Shown here: piece by piece, positions 25,982-39,428 of the stretch
Layout of the letters: each line of letters starts with the position of its first letter
Numbering within the stretch: position 1 is the first letter of the stretch
NCBI GenBank assembly: GCA_951406725.2
Contig: OX597819.1
Span: 13,144,001-13,208,000, forward strand
Direction of reading: 5' to 3'
Source of the DNA: Octopus vulgaris
Lineage: Eukaryota
Length of the DNA: 64,000 nt
Notes under the pieces: model-generated
Databases searched by the model: none
The model's input: the letters and a program-made list of their open reading frames with translations, nothing else
Told to the model about the DNA's origin: nothing
Program-made: the position numbers and the translations under genes

Positions 25982-27099
25982 TTTAAATGTTGAAGTGAAC
26001 CTAACAGTTTTTGTGTTTTTAAATGGCTTATAAACACCTTCCATGCTGCAATTGTTTTTGTTTCAGCACACGATCTCAGATCAGGTCACTTGTTATGCAA
26101 GTACATCTGTGTAGTTTTATTATTTAGTCAAAAATGATTTGCAGTATATTTGGTTTGCTATTTATGCAAATACAACTGTTCTCTGCACATTTGAAAAAAG
26201 ACAGGATGGTCATGGCTTGACAACCCATGCTAGCATGGAAAGTGGACGTTAAACGATGATGATGATATATATACGTATATGTATATTTGTGTGTATGAGT
26301 ATAATCATCATCGTTTTACGTACACTTCCCCTGTTGGCATGGGTTGGACGGTTTGACTGAGGACTGTCAAGCCAGAAGGCTGCACCAGGTTTCTACAGCT
26401 TGATGCCCTTCTTAACGCCAACCACTCCAAGAGTGTAGTAGGTGCTTTTTACATGCTACCAACACGAGAGCCAGTCAGGCAGCACTGGTAACAACTGCAC
26501 TCGAATGGTGCTTTTTACGTGCCACCAGCACATGTATTAAAATTAATCAATTATATACATACATAATATAACCACATAATGATAATATAATTTAGGAAAC
26601 ATCACTCTAATTTGTGATTTTCCAAAGTTATAGACTATAATCATTATTATTATTGTCCACATTTTTCTAATCAAAACAATGCCTATTTGACTTATTAGCC
26701 ATTTGTTATTGGTGGCTGTTTGTGATTTAGCTATGAGTTTTAGTAGGAACACCAACCAGCTGTTTTTGATTTTATTATTAAAATTAATCTATCTTTTGCA
26801 ATTACAAGCCCAAAGGTCTATAAACGACAAGACCATTGCAGCCCCTAATCTTGTACCAGACTCCTAAATAAATGATCACAGATAATCTCAGTTACTTTTC
26901 AGTTAGATTGTTATTCTGTTTTTGATTACCAAATGATTAAAAGTTGATGTGTAACAGTTTTAATGTTATATTACACAAAAGTAGATGTTTTACTCAACTT
27001 GAAGGAGTTGTTCTAGATACATCATCATCATCATCATCATCATTTGTAACTTGTACTTTTCCATCTTTGCATGGGTCTGACAAGTGTATGTCAGGGCAG

Positions 27100-27521
27100 T
27101 TTCTTATTTCTTTATTGCCCACAAGGGGCTAAACCTAGATGGGACAAACAAGGACAGACAAAGGGGTAAAGTCGATTACATCGACCCCAGTGCATAACTG
27201 GTACTTAATTTATCGACCCCGAAAGGATGAAAGGCAAAGTCGACTTCGGCGGAATTTGAACTCAGAATGTAATGGCAGACAAAATACCTATTTCTTTATT
27301 ACCCACAAGGCGCTAAACACAGAGGGGACAAACAAGGACAGACATAGGTATTAAGTCGATTATATCGACCCCAGTGCATAACTGGTACTTAATTTATTGA
27401 CCCCGAAAGGATGAAAGGCAAAGTCGACTTCGGCCGAATTTCAACTCAGAATGTAGTGGCAGACAAAATACCGCTAAGCATTTCGCACAGTGTGCTAACG
27501 GTTCTGCCAGCTCGTCGCCTT
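27100..27521 (-). mobile_element. SINE family B dimer
   Basis: Full copy followed in sense by a head-less copy starting at ggtatt. Confidence 0.85.
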
Positions 27522-28218
27522 TATGTCAGAGCAGTTTCTACAGCTGGATGCCCTTCCTGTCAGCATCACCCTCATTTTCAAGTGAGCTAATAATCCCCCA
27601 CCCCCACCACATCTGTTGAACAACAAAGCTCAGACATGTTTTATGCAGAAAACAAGAATCAACGGATGCCGAGTTGTTTGTTTACAATGATTGCACAACT
27701 TGTCCAGGTATCTCAAGAAGACTGGACATGCTTTTGTGGTGGACTCTCAGCAAATGACACTGGCAGGAGGAAGCCATGGTAAACAAACCAGCAAAAACAA
27801 GAGAAATATGAACTGACACACAGACAGGCTTGGACAGGCCTGGGGCTATAGTGGAAGACACTTGTCCAATGTGCTATGTGTGGGGTTTGAACCTGAACAT
27901 ATGTATTGTTTGCCAACATAACATGGCAGTCCTTGTTTAGGATGAATCTTGCTGTAATTTAACCCCAGGTGACATCATCTCCAGCTAGCTATATGACATG
28001 ATCTGTGCCCTTATATTTTCAAACAAGGGAATCTAGCACACCCACTCAGCTCAAAACAATATCTCTGTATTGCGATTTCCGGGTTATTTCCCTTCATCAG
28101 CACAGAATAATTGTTTGGCTAGAGGTGGCGCTGCCAAATTCCCATTTGAAATATATAGTTTTCAAAGTGACAACTAGTCACTGATCTACAGATTTACAAA
28201 TAATTTTCTGAATGTATA

Positions 28219-28389
28219 GGCGCAGGAGTGGCTGTGTGGTAAGTAGCTTGCTAACCAACCACATGGTTCCGGGTTCAGTCCCACTGCGTGGCATCTTGGG
28301 CAAGTGTCTTCTGCTATAGCCCTGGGCCGACCAATGCCTTGTGAGTGGATTTGGTAGACAGAAACTGAAAGAAGCCTGTCGTATATATG

Positions 28390-28420
<31 letters not shown>

Positions 28421-28618
28421 TTGCCCCCCCTAGCATTGCTTGACAACCGATGGTGGTGTGTTTACGTCCCCGTCACTTAGCGGTTCGGCAAAAGAGACCG
28501 ATAGAATAAGTACTGGGCTTACAAAGAATAAGTCCCGGTGTCGATTTGCTCGACTAAAGGCGATGCTCCAGCATGGCCGCAGTCAAAATGACTGAAACAA
28601 GTAAAAGAGTAAAGAGTA
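28219..28618 (+). mobile_element. SINE family A, full length
   Basis: Matches the family A consensus. Confidence 0.9.
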
Positions 28619-29509
28619 TGTGGTTGGGAATCCAGCTTCTTAACCACACAATCGTGCCTGCAACTCTGCCCTTTTAATATCCCCCCCTTTTAGATCAAAC
28701 CACCGTTCTGTAGTGGTTCTTGTATTTCATTGAAGTTCTTCCTTCCACAAAATGTCTTTGATTTTATCTTGTTGATGTGATTTTCATTCTCCATATCTTG
28801 GCGTCATTTACCTTACATCACTTCTCTTGTCAACTTTACTATATTTTTCTCCTTTTTATTTTTTCCCTTCCAACATGCAATATGTTGTTTCTTCATCTCT
28901 TTCATTTCAAGGCACCTCAGATAATCATCTTTCATGTGTTGTAAGTAATGTTACAATTGTTTCCATTGTGGCTGTTGTTTATATCACGTCAAGTAAAACC
29001 ACTATATTTGTTGTTCTATTTAGATGTTGTTGTTGTTGTTGTCAAAACATTTCCCATTGGTTTCAGTGGTTATTATATAAATTTACTGTTCCTATTTCAT
29101 CTATGGTGAAGGCCATTGCGGAAGTGATACATTTACAGTGAACTGTGTCTTTGAATTCAGTTTTAGTCATTATCATCTCTATTTCATTTCCACACCTAAT
29201 CCTTCTGGAAAAAAGTCATCTCGCAAAAACATCACAAATTCCCACTTGCTCACCAGTAATGTCTATATGACCCTCCATCTGTTGCTGGTTTGCTTTGATC
29301 AAGAAATTAACTATTTATTGCACTAGTTTTTATTCTTACCACTCTGTCCTAGAATGATCTCATCATCATCATCATCATCGTCATCGTTTAACATCCATTT
29401 CTCCATGCTGGCATGGGTTTGACTGGAACTAACAAGTCACATGATTGTGTTGAGCTTCAATGTCTGTTTTGGCAGGGTTTTCATGGCTGGATGCCCTTCC
29501 TAATACCAA

Positions 29510-29743
29510 TTTCTTTATTACCCACAAGGGGCTAAACACAGAGGGGACAAACAAGGACAGACATAGGTATTAAGTCGATTACATCAACCCCAGTGCATAA
29601 CTGGTACTTAATTTATCGACCCTGAAAGGATGAAAGGCAAAGTCGACCTTGGTGAAATTTGAACTCACAACGTAACGGCAGATGAAATACCATTAAGCAT
29701 TTCGCCCGGCGTTCTAACGTTTCTGCCAGCTCTGCCAGCTCGC
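29510..29743 (-). mobile_element. SINE family B inserted in a family C copy
   Basis: gcccttcctaatacca is duplicated on both sides. Confidence 0.85.
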
Positions 29744-30098
29744 CCTTCCTAATACCAGCCACTTTACAGGGTGCACAAGCTGCCGTTTTTTATAGCACTG
29801 TCACTAGTGAGGTCACAAAGCATCTTGCAAGACAAAGCCCCTCCCTTGAGTGGAGTGTAGTATTGAGGGATATGAAAGTATGATGGAGGGGCAGGAGCAG
29901 GAGTCTTGCTGAAAAGGAAATGCATAGCTTTCTCAGCTGGAAAGAGAGAGGAGAAATGACAAGATGTGTGCCCCCAAGATCCAAGGGGAATATGAGAGAA
30001 AGGGTAGATGGGTAGGTAAGTTCTTTGGGAATATTTTTGGTTCATGCATCAAAATATGCTTCTTTATCCATGGTACCTTGGGGTGTGCCTTCTAATAT

Positions 30099-30331
30099 AT
30101 ATTTCTTTACTACCCACAAGGGGCTAAACACAGAGAGGACAAACAAGGACAGACAAACGGATTAAGTCGATTAAATCGACCCCAGTGCATAACTGGTACT
30201 TAATTTATTGACCCCGAAAGGATGAAAGGCAAAGTCGACCTTGGCGGAATTTGAACTCAGAACGTAACGGCAGACAAAATACGGCCACGCATTTCGCCCG
30301 GCGTGCTAACGTTTCTGCCAGCTCGCCGCCT
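30099..30331 (-). mobile_element. SINE family B with TSD
   Basis: gccttctaatata occurs on both sides. Confidence 0.85.
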
Positions 30332-30638
30332 TCTAATATAGTCGACCAAACCATCGTTGGTGGATGTAGTAGATAAAAAGTAAAAGAAGTCTGTGGTGTG
30401 TGTGTGTGTGTTCATGTCTCCTTGTCTTCAAATCGTGTGAAAGTTGTAAACAAGTTCCTCTGTCATACAGGCAGTGTCGTTTGTTTCCAATCTGTGCAAA
30501 CATGTTCAGCTATGGGGAAATATTTACCTTGCTTGGAAACAGATATGGGTTGGTGGCAGGAAGGGAATCTGGCTGTGGAAAATCTACCTCAACTAATTCC
30601 ATCCAACCCATGCAATCATGGAAGAAAAGTGAGTGTTA

Positions 30639-30672
<34 letters not shown>

Positions 30673-31190
30673 TCTTGTGGGCTGATCCAGTACCTTAAAG
30701 AAATGTTGTCCCCATCACTTGAATGTTGTGTGTTTCCCTGAATTTATGTATATGTTGTGATTTGTCCGTGTGTGTGTATACACACACTCACACATGCATG
30801 CATATGTCTGCGAATACACATACGCACCACTGATTCATAATCTTCATTCTTTTTCTAGTGTTTTAAACACACACTATACACACAAACACGTTCTTGCAAA
30901 CCAACAAGGGAACTTCTGTGTAGTCACTTGATTTCGCTAGAAATAACAGCCAAATCTACCTCAGATTAGACTCTACCATAAAAGAAATGTAGGACATATA
31001 GAACATTGTAGTACAAAATGTAAAAAATGGAATAGTCATGGCTGGAATGCTTTTGATCATAGTTTTTCTTGAATCAAGACTGATCTGGAGCTAAATACCA
31101 ATCCCCCGTTCACAGATTTTATAAAGTAAATAGAAGGATGTGAGTAAACCAGTGATGTTGTGTATCAACAATGAGTGGTGAATATAAATG

Positions 31191-32403
31191 TGGGGTCATT
31201 CCATAAATAATGCGTTTTTTTTTATTTTTTCAAAATCAAGATAAACAAAGTTTTTTCTTAATCTAACATATACTTTCCTTCATTTTCTACAATGCTCTTC
31301 CATCTCTCTGGTAGATGCACAAGGCCCCTCTTTCAAAATTCACTTATCCATGACAAAAAATACTCCTCCAGTACTGTTATCACCATGTCTACGGAATTCA
31401 TATTTTTTATATTCAAATGATTTTGAAGACTGCAGAATATATGATAATCAAATGGGGCAATGTCCGGCGAATATGGTGGGTGGGGCATCATTTCTCATTC
31501 AAACTACTTCAGCCTTTGGAATGTCATCTTCACTGAAACTAAAGTTAGTCGTTTTTCTTCTAGCACTGACTTAAGCCACTCAAGCTGCTCACAATAGATC
31601 TCCTTTGTTATCATTTGGTTTGGGTTTAAAAATTCAAAATGGACTAAACCTTTCATATCCCACCAAACAGATAACAACACTTTACATGGATTGGGGTGCC
31701 GGTGTTTCTTCTTTCCCTACCCACTATCTTTGGCACTTGACATATTTATTGAAAACCCATTTCCCATCACCAGTCACTATTCTGTCTAAAAAAAGGTTCA
31801 TTTACAAGACATGACAGCAAAGAAGAGCACACATTCACTCTCTGTGCGTGAGTAGACTTGGAAAGTTTGTGAGGAACCCATTGACCCAATTTGCTGACTT
31901 TTCCGATGGCACATAGGTGTTGATGAATGGTTGAATGACCAAATCCAAGCTTCTTTCCTAGTTCCTCAACAGTTACAATGTGATTTTGCTCCACCAGGAT
32001 GTCCTTGTCAAGCTCTCCAGATGTTCCAGGATGAGGCTCATCTTCTAGGCCGTAATTTCCAACTTGGAATTTCTGGAACCACCGCTGACCCTGGTTTATG
32101 CTTATTGTCTGCTCCCCATATACTGCATTAACATTCCTCACACTCTCTATTGCATTGTTGCCTTTATTGAACTCATAAAGCAAAATATGCCGAATATGCT
32201 CCTTTGTCACTTCCATTGTAGCTTTGAAAACAAAACTATTAAAATCGAACTGCACTCTTCAAAACTTGCACCAAGAATAAATACAAGGTAAAATTACTAC
32301 CTGCTTTTATAGCAAGTTGATGATGCAGGTAGTTTATTTCGCCTCCCTCTGACTTTTAGTTCATGCAATTGAAAAAAACTGCATTATTTATGGGATGACT
32401 CAA
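31191..32403 (-). mobile_element. Near full-length dead mariner (DD34D) transposon
   Basis: TIRs tggggtcattccataaataatgcg / gcattatttatgggatgactcaa. Transposase starts at ATG 32216 (MEVTKEHIRHILLYEF) and includes WVPHKL, IVTGD-KW and PYSPDIAP-DY. It is frameshifted, and the HDNA second-Asp region is deleted. Confidence 0.92.
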
Positions 32404-32499
32404 AGTTAAAAAGTAGAAAATGTCAGTTTGCTATGAGGAAGAATAAAAATTTAATGTTTTGGCACTTTTATCAAATGAAGGGTCTTGCCTGACACATTA

Positions 32500-32612
32500 G
32501 ATGATGATGATGATGATGATGATTCTTCTTCTTCTTCTTCTTCTTCTTCTTCTTCTTCTTCTTCTTCTTCTTCTTCTTCTTCTTCTTCTTCTTCTTTTTC
32601 TCCTCCTCCTCC
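32500..32612. repeat. (GAT)n(TTC)n(CTC)n compound microsatellite
   Basis: Directly visible. Confidence 0.95.
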
Positions 32613-32924
32613 AACTATTTTAGTCTAACATCTCAATTATTGACATTCATATACATACACATGCATTTATACAGAGATGAAGTTCTAAGTCCTCTTCTTA
32701 CATCTTAATCATCATCATCATCATTGTTTTAAACATCCACTTTGCCACGCTCACATGGGACAGATTTTCTACATCCAAAAGTCCTTCTACTCCTCCAAAT
32801 TTTACCTGTTTCCAAGAAAGGTAATATTTCACCACCATGGCCAGACATGTTTTTGCAGAATAACACTGCTTGTATGACGGTGATACTCATTTACAACTAT
32901 CATACAATGTCAAGACTGGGAGAG

Positions 32925-33150
32925 GGTGGCAAGCTGGCTGAGACATTAGCATGCCGGGCAAAATGCTTAGCGGTATTTCGTCTGCTGTTACGTTCTGAGT
33001 TCAAATTCCGCCGAGGTCGACTTTGCCTTTCATCCTTTCGAGGTCGATAAATTAAGTACCAGTTACGCACTGGGGTCCATATAATCGACTTAATCTCTTT
33101 GTCTGTCATTGTCCTCCCTATGTTTAGCCCCTTGTGGGCAATAAAGAAAT
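32925..33150 (+). mobile_element. SINE family B
   Basis: Full copy flanked by agact(g/a)ggaga. Confidence 0.85.
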
Positions 33151-33958
33151 GAGACTAGGAGATATAAGCATACACTCACACACACATGCACACACACACA
33201 TGAAGCTTCTTTCAGTTTCTTTTTACCAAATTCACTCACAAGATTTTGATTGACCCAGGGCTATAGTAAAAGATATTTGCCCAAATTGCCATACTGTGTG
33301 ATTGAACCTCAAACCATATAGTTTAAGAAGTAAACTTCTTAACCAGACAGCCGTGCCTGGACCTATCTTTGCATCTGTGTTACATAAGGTCCCTAACGCT
33401 TCTCAGAAATCATGTCAAACGAAAATCACGTCTGTTGGTTTACACCACAAAATATATCTACGAGTAAACAAAAGGCTTTTGTATAAACGATGAAACCACT
33501 GATCCTCTGTTTTTTGTTTGTTTTAAACAATTGACATAAGTATTGATTGCTTTATTCTGTAGAATGTGTGTAAACTTTTAATATATATATATATATGATA
33601 TTGTTCAGCTGTTTATGCATTTCTGCAATTTAATCTTCCAAAATTGAGTAAATATCAGAGACTTGAGTAACTAACCTTTGCTTTTAAATCTTGCTGAATG
33701 TAAACAGAATTTATTATTGTAGAATGGTGGAATTGTTAGAGAGTCCGATAAAATGGTATTTTCATGCTATTTCTTCCAGCTCTTTGCATCTTGAGTTCAA
33801 ATACTGCTGAGGTCAGCTTTGGCATTTGTTCTTTCAAAATTTATCAAATAAATTCTGTGATTAATGTAATCAACTGACCCCTTCCCTAAAATTTCTGGCT
33901 TTGTGCTAATATTCAAAACCATTACTATTATTATTATCATCATTATCATTATTTTTAT

Positions 33959-34399
33959 TGAGTGAGAGAGCAGTGCATACCGTCAAAGTGGCACTGGGGT
34001 AAAATACACGAAGCCCAGTATACCCATCATGACTACCCATCTGATAAGGGTACACTAGGCACATGCATCACAACCATATATGCATGACGTGGTGATCTCA
34101 TATCAAGATAAACAGTGCATGATCTTGCAGGTGGGGCTCAATTAGAATTTTCTTCAGGTCAAGTAGCTCATCCTGCTTAAAAGGTCCCTGAATAAGGGTT
34201 GTTTAAAGATGATGAACAGAATACCCATGTTTCCAGAGGTGAATTTTCCAAACCCCAAAGAATTCTTCTCAACACATGGCCATGATGCTTCCCAACTACT
34301 TCTGCTCATGATCAGAGATGCACATATTGCCAGCCACTAAGGTATATGCTTAACTGGTTACAGTCAAACAACTGACAAGCAAATCTGTGGTATTGAGCA
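33959..34399 (-). mobile_element. Retroelement family D, longest copy
   Basis: Reverse complement of 1-185 and 54474-54747, extended at the 5' end. Abuts a degenerate (ATT)n. Confidence 0.8.
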
Positions 34400-36177
34400 A
34401 CATCACTTGACAACTGATGCTGGTGTGTTTACGTCCCTGTAAGCTAGAGGTTCGGTCAAAAGAGACCGATAGTATGAGTACAAGGCTTACAAAGAATAAG
34501 TCCTGGAATCGATTTACTTGACTAAAAGGCGGTGCTCCAGCATGGCCGCAGTCAGATGACTGAAACAAATAAAAGAATATTATTAGTAACTCTTCCTTTG
34601 TAGCCAGAGCTTGAATTTTCTTGCTGAAACAGTTTCTTTCTTACACTCTGCCAACAAGCGAAGAGGAAGCATTTCTTTGTCTGTGAAGTTTACTGTTGAT
34701 TATGTCAAGGACAAATGGAAGCTGATCAAGATTAGATTATTTAAAGAAAATATTAACCACAAAATTTTAACATACTTTCACTGTGCACTTCAGTTTGGAT
34801 GTTGTGATACTAAACAAGCCAGCAGGTTGAATTAAGGGTGACAGGGTTGAAATGTTGTAATTAATTACTGAAGCATGTTAATTTAGCCAAATATTTATGT
34901 ACATGTAATTAATAGCTAATGGTTTCTCCCCACACTCCCATATTCCGAAGAAATTGTATCTCTCATAGTTGGCAATTATTTAGGGTTTGCAACATAATCT
35001 TAAATCCCTAAAAGTTTCAGAAAAAGAAAAGAATTGTGATATTAGCTGACAATAACATTAATGAAAGGAAATGGATCTTAATGAAAATCAGAAATGGATA
35101 AGACTTACTGCATCTAGAACAGAAGTTTTCTACCATTTTTTTTTATCAGTGGACCTCTTTGATTACTATTTTATTCTTGTAGATCCCCCCCCACCATAGC
35201 TATTTGATGATTAAGAATAGTTTTATAGATATTTATTTTCAAAATTCTTGTCTGGTTTTTCAACCATTCACTTGCGTAGGTTGAAGTATGTAAAACATGA
35301 GAGAAAGAAACCTAGTTGTTTGTTGGAATGAATACTTTATCATCATCATCATCATCATCATCGTTTAACGTCCGTTTTCTGCGCTAGCACGGGTTGGACG
35401 GTTCAACCGGGGTCTGGGAAGCTAGGGGCTGCACCAGGCTCCAGTCTGATCTGGCAGAGTTTCTACAGCTGGATGCCCTTCCTAACGCCAACCACTCCGC
35501 GAGTGTAGTGGGTGCTTTTTACGTGTCACCTGCACAAGTGCCAGGGGGGGGTCTGGCATCGGCCACGATCGGTTGGAGCTTTTAACGTGCCACCGGCACG
35601 GAAGCCAGCCAAAAATCAAAATTTGTTTACAAGCATTGGATGTGTCATGCAAGAGGACGTTTGCGTTGGTATGCCCTTCTGAACACCAACAACTTTACAG
35701 TGTGGATTGGGTGCTTTTAAGTAGCACCTACACTGACAGAGTCACCAAGTACTTGCAAGACAAAAAAAAAAAACAACTTTCAAGTGGGGAGGGGGCATTG
35801 GAGGAAGTGATCTTGTGTCAGATGATGAAAGTTTATTGTGAGACAAAGAGAAAGAAACAGGTGTCTTGCTGTAGAGGAAGTACAAGGTGACCCAACTGGT
35901 AAGAGATAGAGAGAGAGAGAGAGATCAAGGATGATGACATAAACAGGTGCACTACTGCAAAGGAAATACATGGTTACCCAACCTGAGGGAGGATCAGAAG
36001 GAGAGAGAGAGAGTGGGAGGTTGCAGGATGGAGATGGTGGCAAAATGCTGGGCATACTCACAAGGAATGGGAATCAGAGTATAAATGAGATGGTTGAGTA
36101 AAGGAAAAGAGAGATATAGATGGTGGCAAGTGCCAGGGCATATCCTTGAGGTTCAAATACCATAATTAAGTGGTAGG

Positions 36178-36572
36178 ATATTCTTTTCTATTCTAAGCAC
36201 AAGGCCTAAATTTTTTGGGGAGGAAACCAGTCGATTAGATTGACCCCAGTACACAACAGGTACTTAATTTATCGACCTTAAAAGGATGAAAGACAAAGTC
36301 GACCTTGGCGGAATTTGAACTCAGAATGTAAAGACAGACGAAATACCTATTTCTTTACTGCCCACAAGGGGCTAAACACAGATAGGACAAACAAGGACAG
36401 ACAAACGGGATTAAGTCGATTATATTGATCCCAGTGCATAACTGGTACTTATTAATCGACCCCGAAAGGATAAGTCGACCTCGGCGGAATTTGAACTCAG
36501 AACATAGCGGCAGACGAAATACCGCTAAGCATTTTGCCCGGCGTGCTAACGTTTCTGCCGGCTTGCCGCCTT
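36178..36572 (-). mobile_element. SINE family B dimer (two tail variants)
   Basis: Junction gacgaaatacc|tatttcttt at ~36347. Confidence 0.85.
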
Positions 36573-36674
36573 TAATAACTAATATATTCTTTTCTACTCT
36601 AGGCACAAGGCCTGAAATTTTTGGGGAGGGCGCCAACTAATTAGATTGACCCCAGTACACAATAGGTACTTAAT

Positions 36675-36913
36675 TTACACTATTTACATTTGACGGATAT
36701 TTGTTCTCATCTTGTTTGTTGTTAACACATTTTGGCTGATATACCCTCCAGTCTTCATCAGGTGTCTTGGGGAAATTTCAAACCTAGGTTCTCATTCCTG
36801 AGGTATTTTTTGATATTATTATTATTATTATTATCATTCAGGTCACTGCCTGGAATCGAACTTGGAATCTTGGGGTTGGTAGCCCACGCTCTTAACCATT
36901 ATGCCATATGCCC
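36675..36913 (-). mobile_element. tRNA-headed element with internal hammerhead-like motif (family I), inserted in a SINE B
   Basis: Minus strand has A-box TGGCATAATGG, B-box GTTCGATTC and an (AAT)n linker, then acac CTGATGA a GACTG gagggtatat CAGCC AAAA t gtgt. Second copy at 44945-45090. Confidence 0.75.
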
Positions 36914-37928
36914 ATGATGAAAGGCAAAACTAACCTTGGCAGAATTTGAACTCAGAATGTAAAGACAGACGAAATACCACTAAGAATTTCGCCTGGCATG
37001 CTAACGTTTCTGCCAGCTTGCCATTAAGTTAAAGAATTTTGCATAAGAAGTTTGATTAAAATGTGTAGAGGACAGGGAGTGAATAGTGAAAACCTATGTT
37101 GTTTAAACATATTCTTTCCTCAATGTTTTTGGGGTATTTTTTTAGTTTTTTTTCCACTAAGAGACACATTGCAATGCAACTGTATTGATATGTCTTGTCG
37201 GCCGACACATTGCTCTTAATGTTAGACTGACTTGAGACTTTTGGTAGACTGACCTTACTATGTTATGTTGATATAATAATGTTTTAAACACTTACATTTA
37301 CCCCCACTTTGCTAAGTTATGCTGACATATGAAGATAACAATGTTGTTTGATGCTGATAAATCCTACATTAAACGGTTATAGACTACTGATGTGAGATTC
37401 TGTTTATTTTGTGCAACTCTTTAGAGGGTGCTTGTGTGTGTGTGTATTAAGAGGGAATATACACACAATGTATCAATCATTTGGAGAACTGAAGGTTACT
37501 AACTGAGAGTCCATTATGAAGAAATACAAGTTCACTTTGGACCAGATGGTTAAGTGATCGGGGAAACCACATCACACTAAAACAACAACCAATTAACACA
37601 AGCCAGGTTGACCTGATCTACTAGTAGTAGTAGTAGTAGTAGTAGTAGTAGCAGCAGTAGTAAGTGGTGGGAAAGAGGGAGTGATGGGGGGTAGTAATAG
37701 TATAAGAATAGTAGTAGTAAGAACCCTTCTGGTTTTATTTTATTTCTTCCCCACCCCTAACATGGTCTAGAGAAAGAAGGGAAGTGCCTTTAGTATTTTG
37801 CAGGCTTTCTAAAAGTTTGTGTCAAGGAAGGAAGCCATAACTCCTGGGCCGCTGCTATAGGATGTGAATTAGCAACATTTTGAACTTCTTCCCAGACTGG
37901 ATGACCTGACCGAAAGGCTTGCGTCAGA

Positions 37929-37960
37929 ATGGACTTTGCTAATAATAAGAGTCTGCAAAA
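37929..37960 (+). CDS. Candidate first coding segment of the RhoGEF gene (MDFANNKSLQK), within putative exon 37804-37960
   Basis: Acceptor tattttgcag (37802-03) and donor AA|GTAAGA (37960/61). ATG at 37929 has A at -3 and G at +4, with an in-frame stop upstream at 37902. The phase-2 end is compatible with the microexon. Confidence 0.55.
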
Positions 37961-38978
37961 GTAAGATGGTTAAATTGAGCATGGGGGTGGGGTGAGCCTT
38001 ATCATTATAAGAGTTGTTAGGGTTCTGAGAAATCCCTTTCTTACATATGCCTACTTTACAAGAACAACACTCCCTTATAGAAAAAAACGTGATAGAAAGG
38101 GTAACAACTCTAAGAAAGCATATCCATTGACAGAGGGAGCTGGAGCTTGATCAGCAAAAGAGACAGAGTAAAGTTTGAAGAGTTTGAACCTGTATTAAGC
38201 AATGATATGATAAAAGAAGTCACAGGTATTAGTGGCTAAAAGAAGAGACCTTTGTGGATATGGAACCAGAGTGTACTTTTGGCTCCCATGCCAGTGGCAT
38301 GTAAAAAGCATCATTTGAGCTTGGTTGATGACTGGGTCCCAAGCTGGTGGTACATAAAAAGCACCATTCAAGCATGGTCGATGCCAATACTGCCCCTCGT
38401 GCTGGCGGCACATAAAAAGCACCCACTACATTCTTGGAGTGGTTGGCGTTACGAAGGGCATCTAGCTGTAGAAACCTTGCCAGAACAGATTGGATCCTGG
38501 TGCAGCCTTCTGGCTTGCTAGTCCTCAGTCAAACTGTCCAATCCATGCCAGCATAGAAAGCAGACATTAAACAATGATGATGATGATGATGAAGTCGTCA
38601 TTTAGAGTGGACAGATCACCAGCAGATTTGTTATTGTATTTACAGAAAAAAAAGAAGAGAAAAAATACCTTCCCAAATTCACCATTCTTGATAAACATTT
38701 CAGCAGCAAAAAAATGGTGTACAAGCCATGATGTTAAGTAAAGGAAAAAAAAAAAACCCAATAAAATATTGGTTTCACATTTTGGCACAAGGCCAGTCAT
38801 TTCGGGGGTGAGAGTAAGTCAATGACATCAACCCCAGTACTCAACTGGTACTTATTTTATTGGCTCTGAAAGGGTAAAAGGCAAAGTTGACCATAGAAGA
38901 ATTTGAACTCAGAACGTAAAGGTGGACAAAATGTTGCCCAGTGTGCTAACAGTTCTGCCAGCTGTCTTTAGGAAAGGT

Positions 38979-39428
38979 AAAATATTCTTTTCTACTCTAG
39001 GCACAAGCCTGAAATTTTGGGGGAGGGGACCAGTCAATTAGATCGACTCCAGTACACAACTGGTACTTAATTCATTGACCCCCAAAAGGATGAAAGGCAA
39101 AGTTGACCTCAATGTAAGAAATAGTAAAATATTCTTTCCTACTCTAGCCACAAGGCCCAAATTTTAGGGGAGGGGGCCAGTCGATTAGATTGACTCCAGT
39201 ACACAACTGGTACTTAATTTATTGACCCCCGAAAGGATGAAAAGCAAAGTCAACCTCGGTGAAAGAAATGGTAAAATATTCTTTTCTACTCTAGGCACAA
39301 TGCCCGAAATTTTAGGGGCAGGGGGCCAGTTGATTAGATTGACACCAGTATGCAACTGGTACTTAATTTATTAACCCCAAAAGGATGAAATGCAAAGTCA
39401 ACCTTGGTGGAAGAAACAGTGAAATATT
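38979..39428 (-). repeat. Tandem array, 3 x ~147 bp, of the SINE B 3' half
   Basis: aaaatattcttt(t/c)ctactctagg/cc recurs at ~38979, 39125 and 39273. Confidence 0.85.

Noticed and set aside
31767-32255. Active or domesticated mariner transposase
   Set aside because: It frameshifts before the first catalytic Asp, has internal stops, and has lost the second-Asp region.
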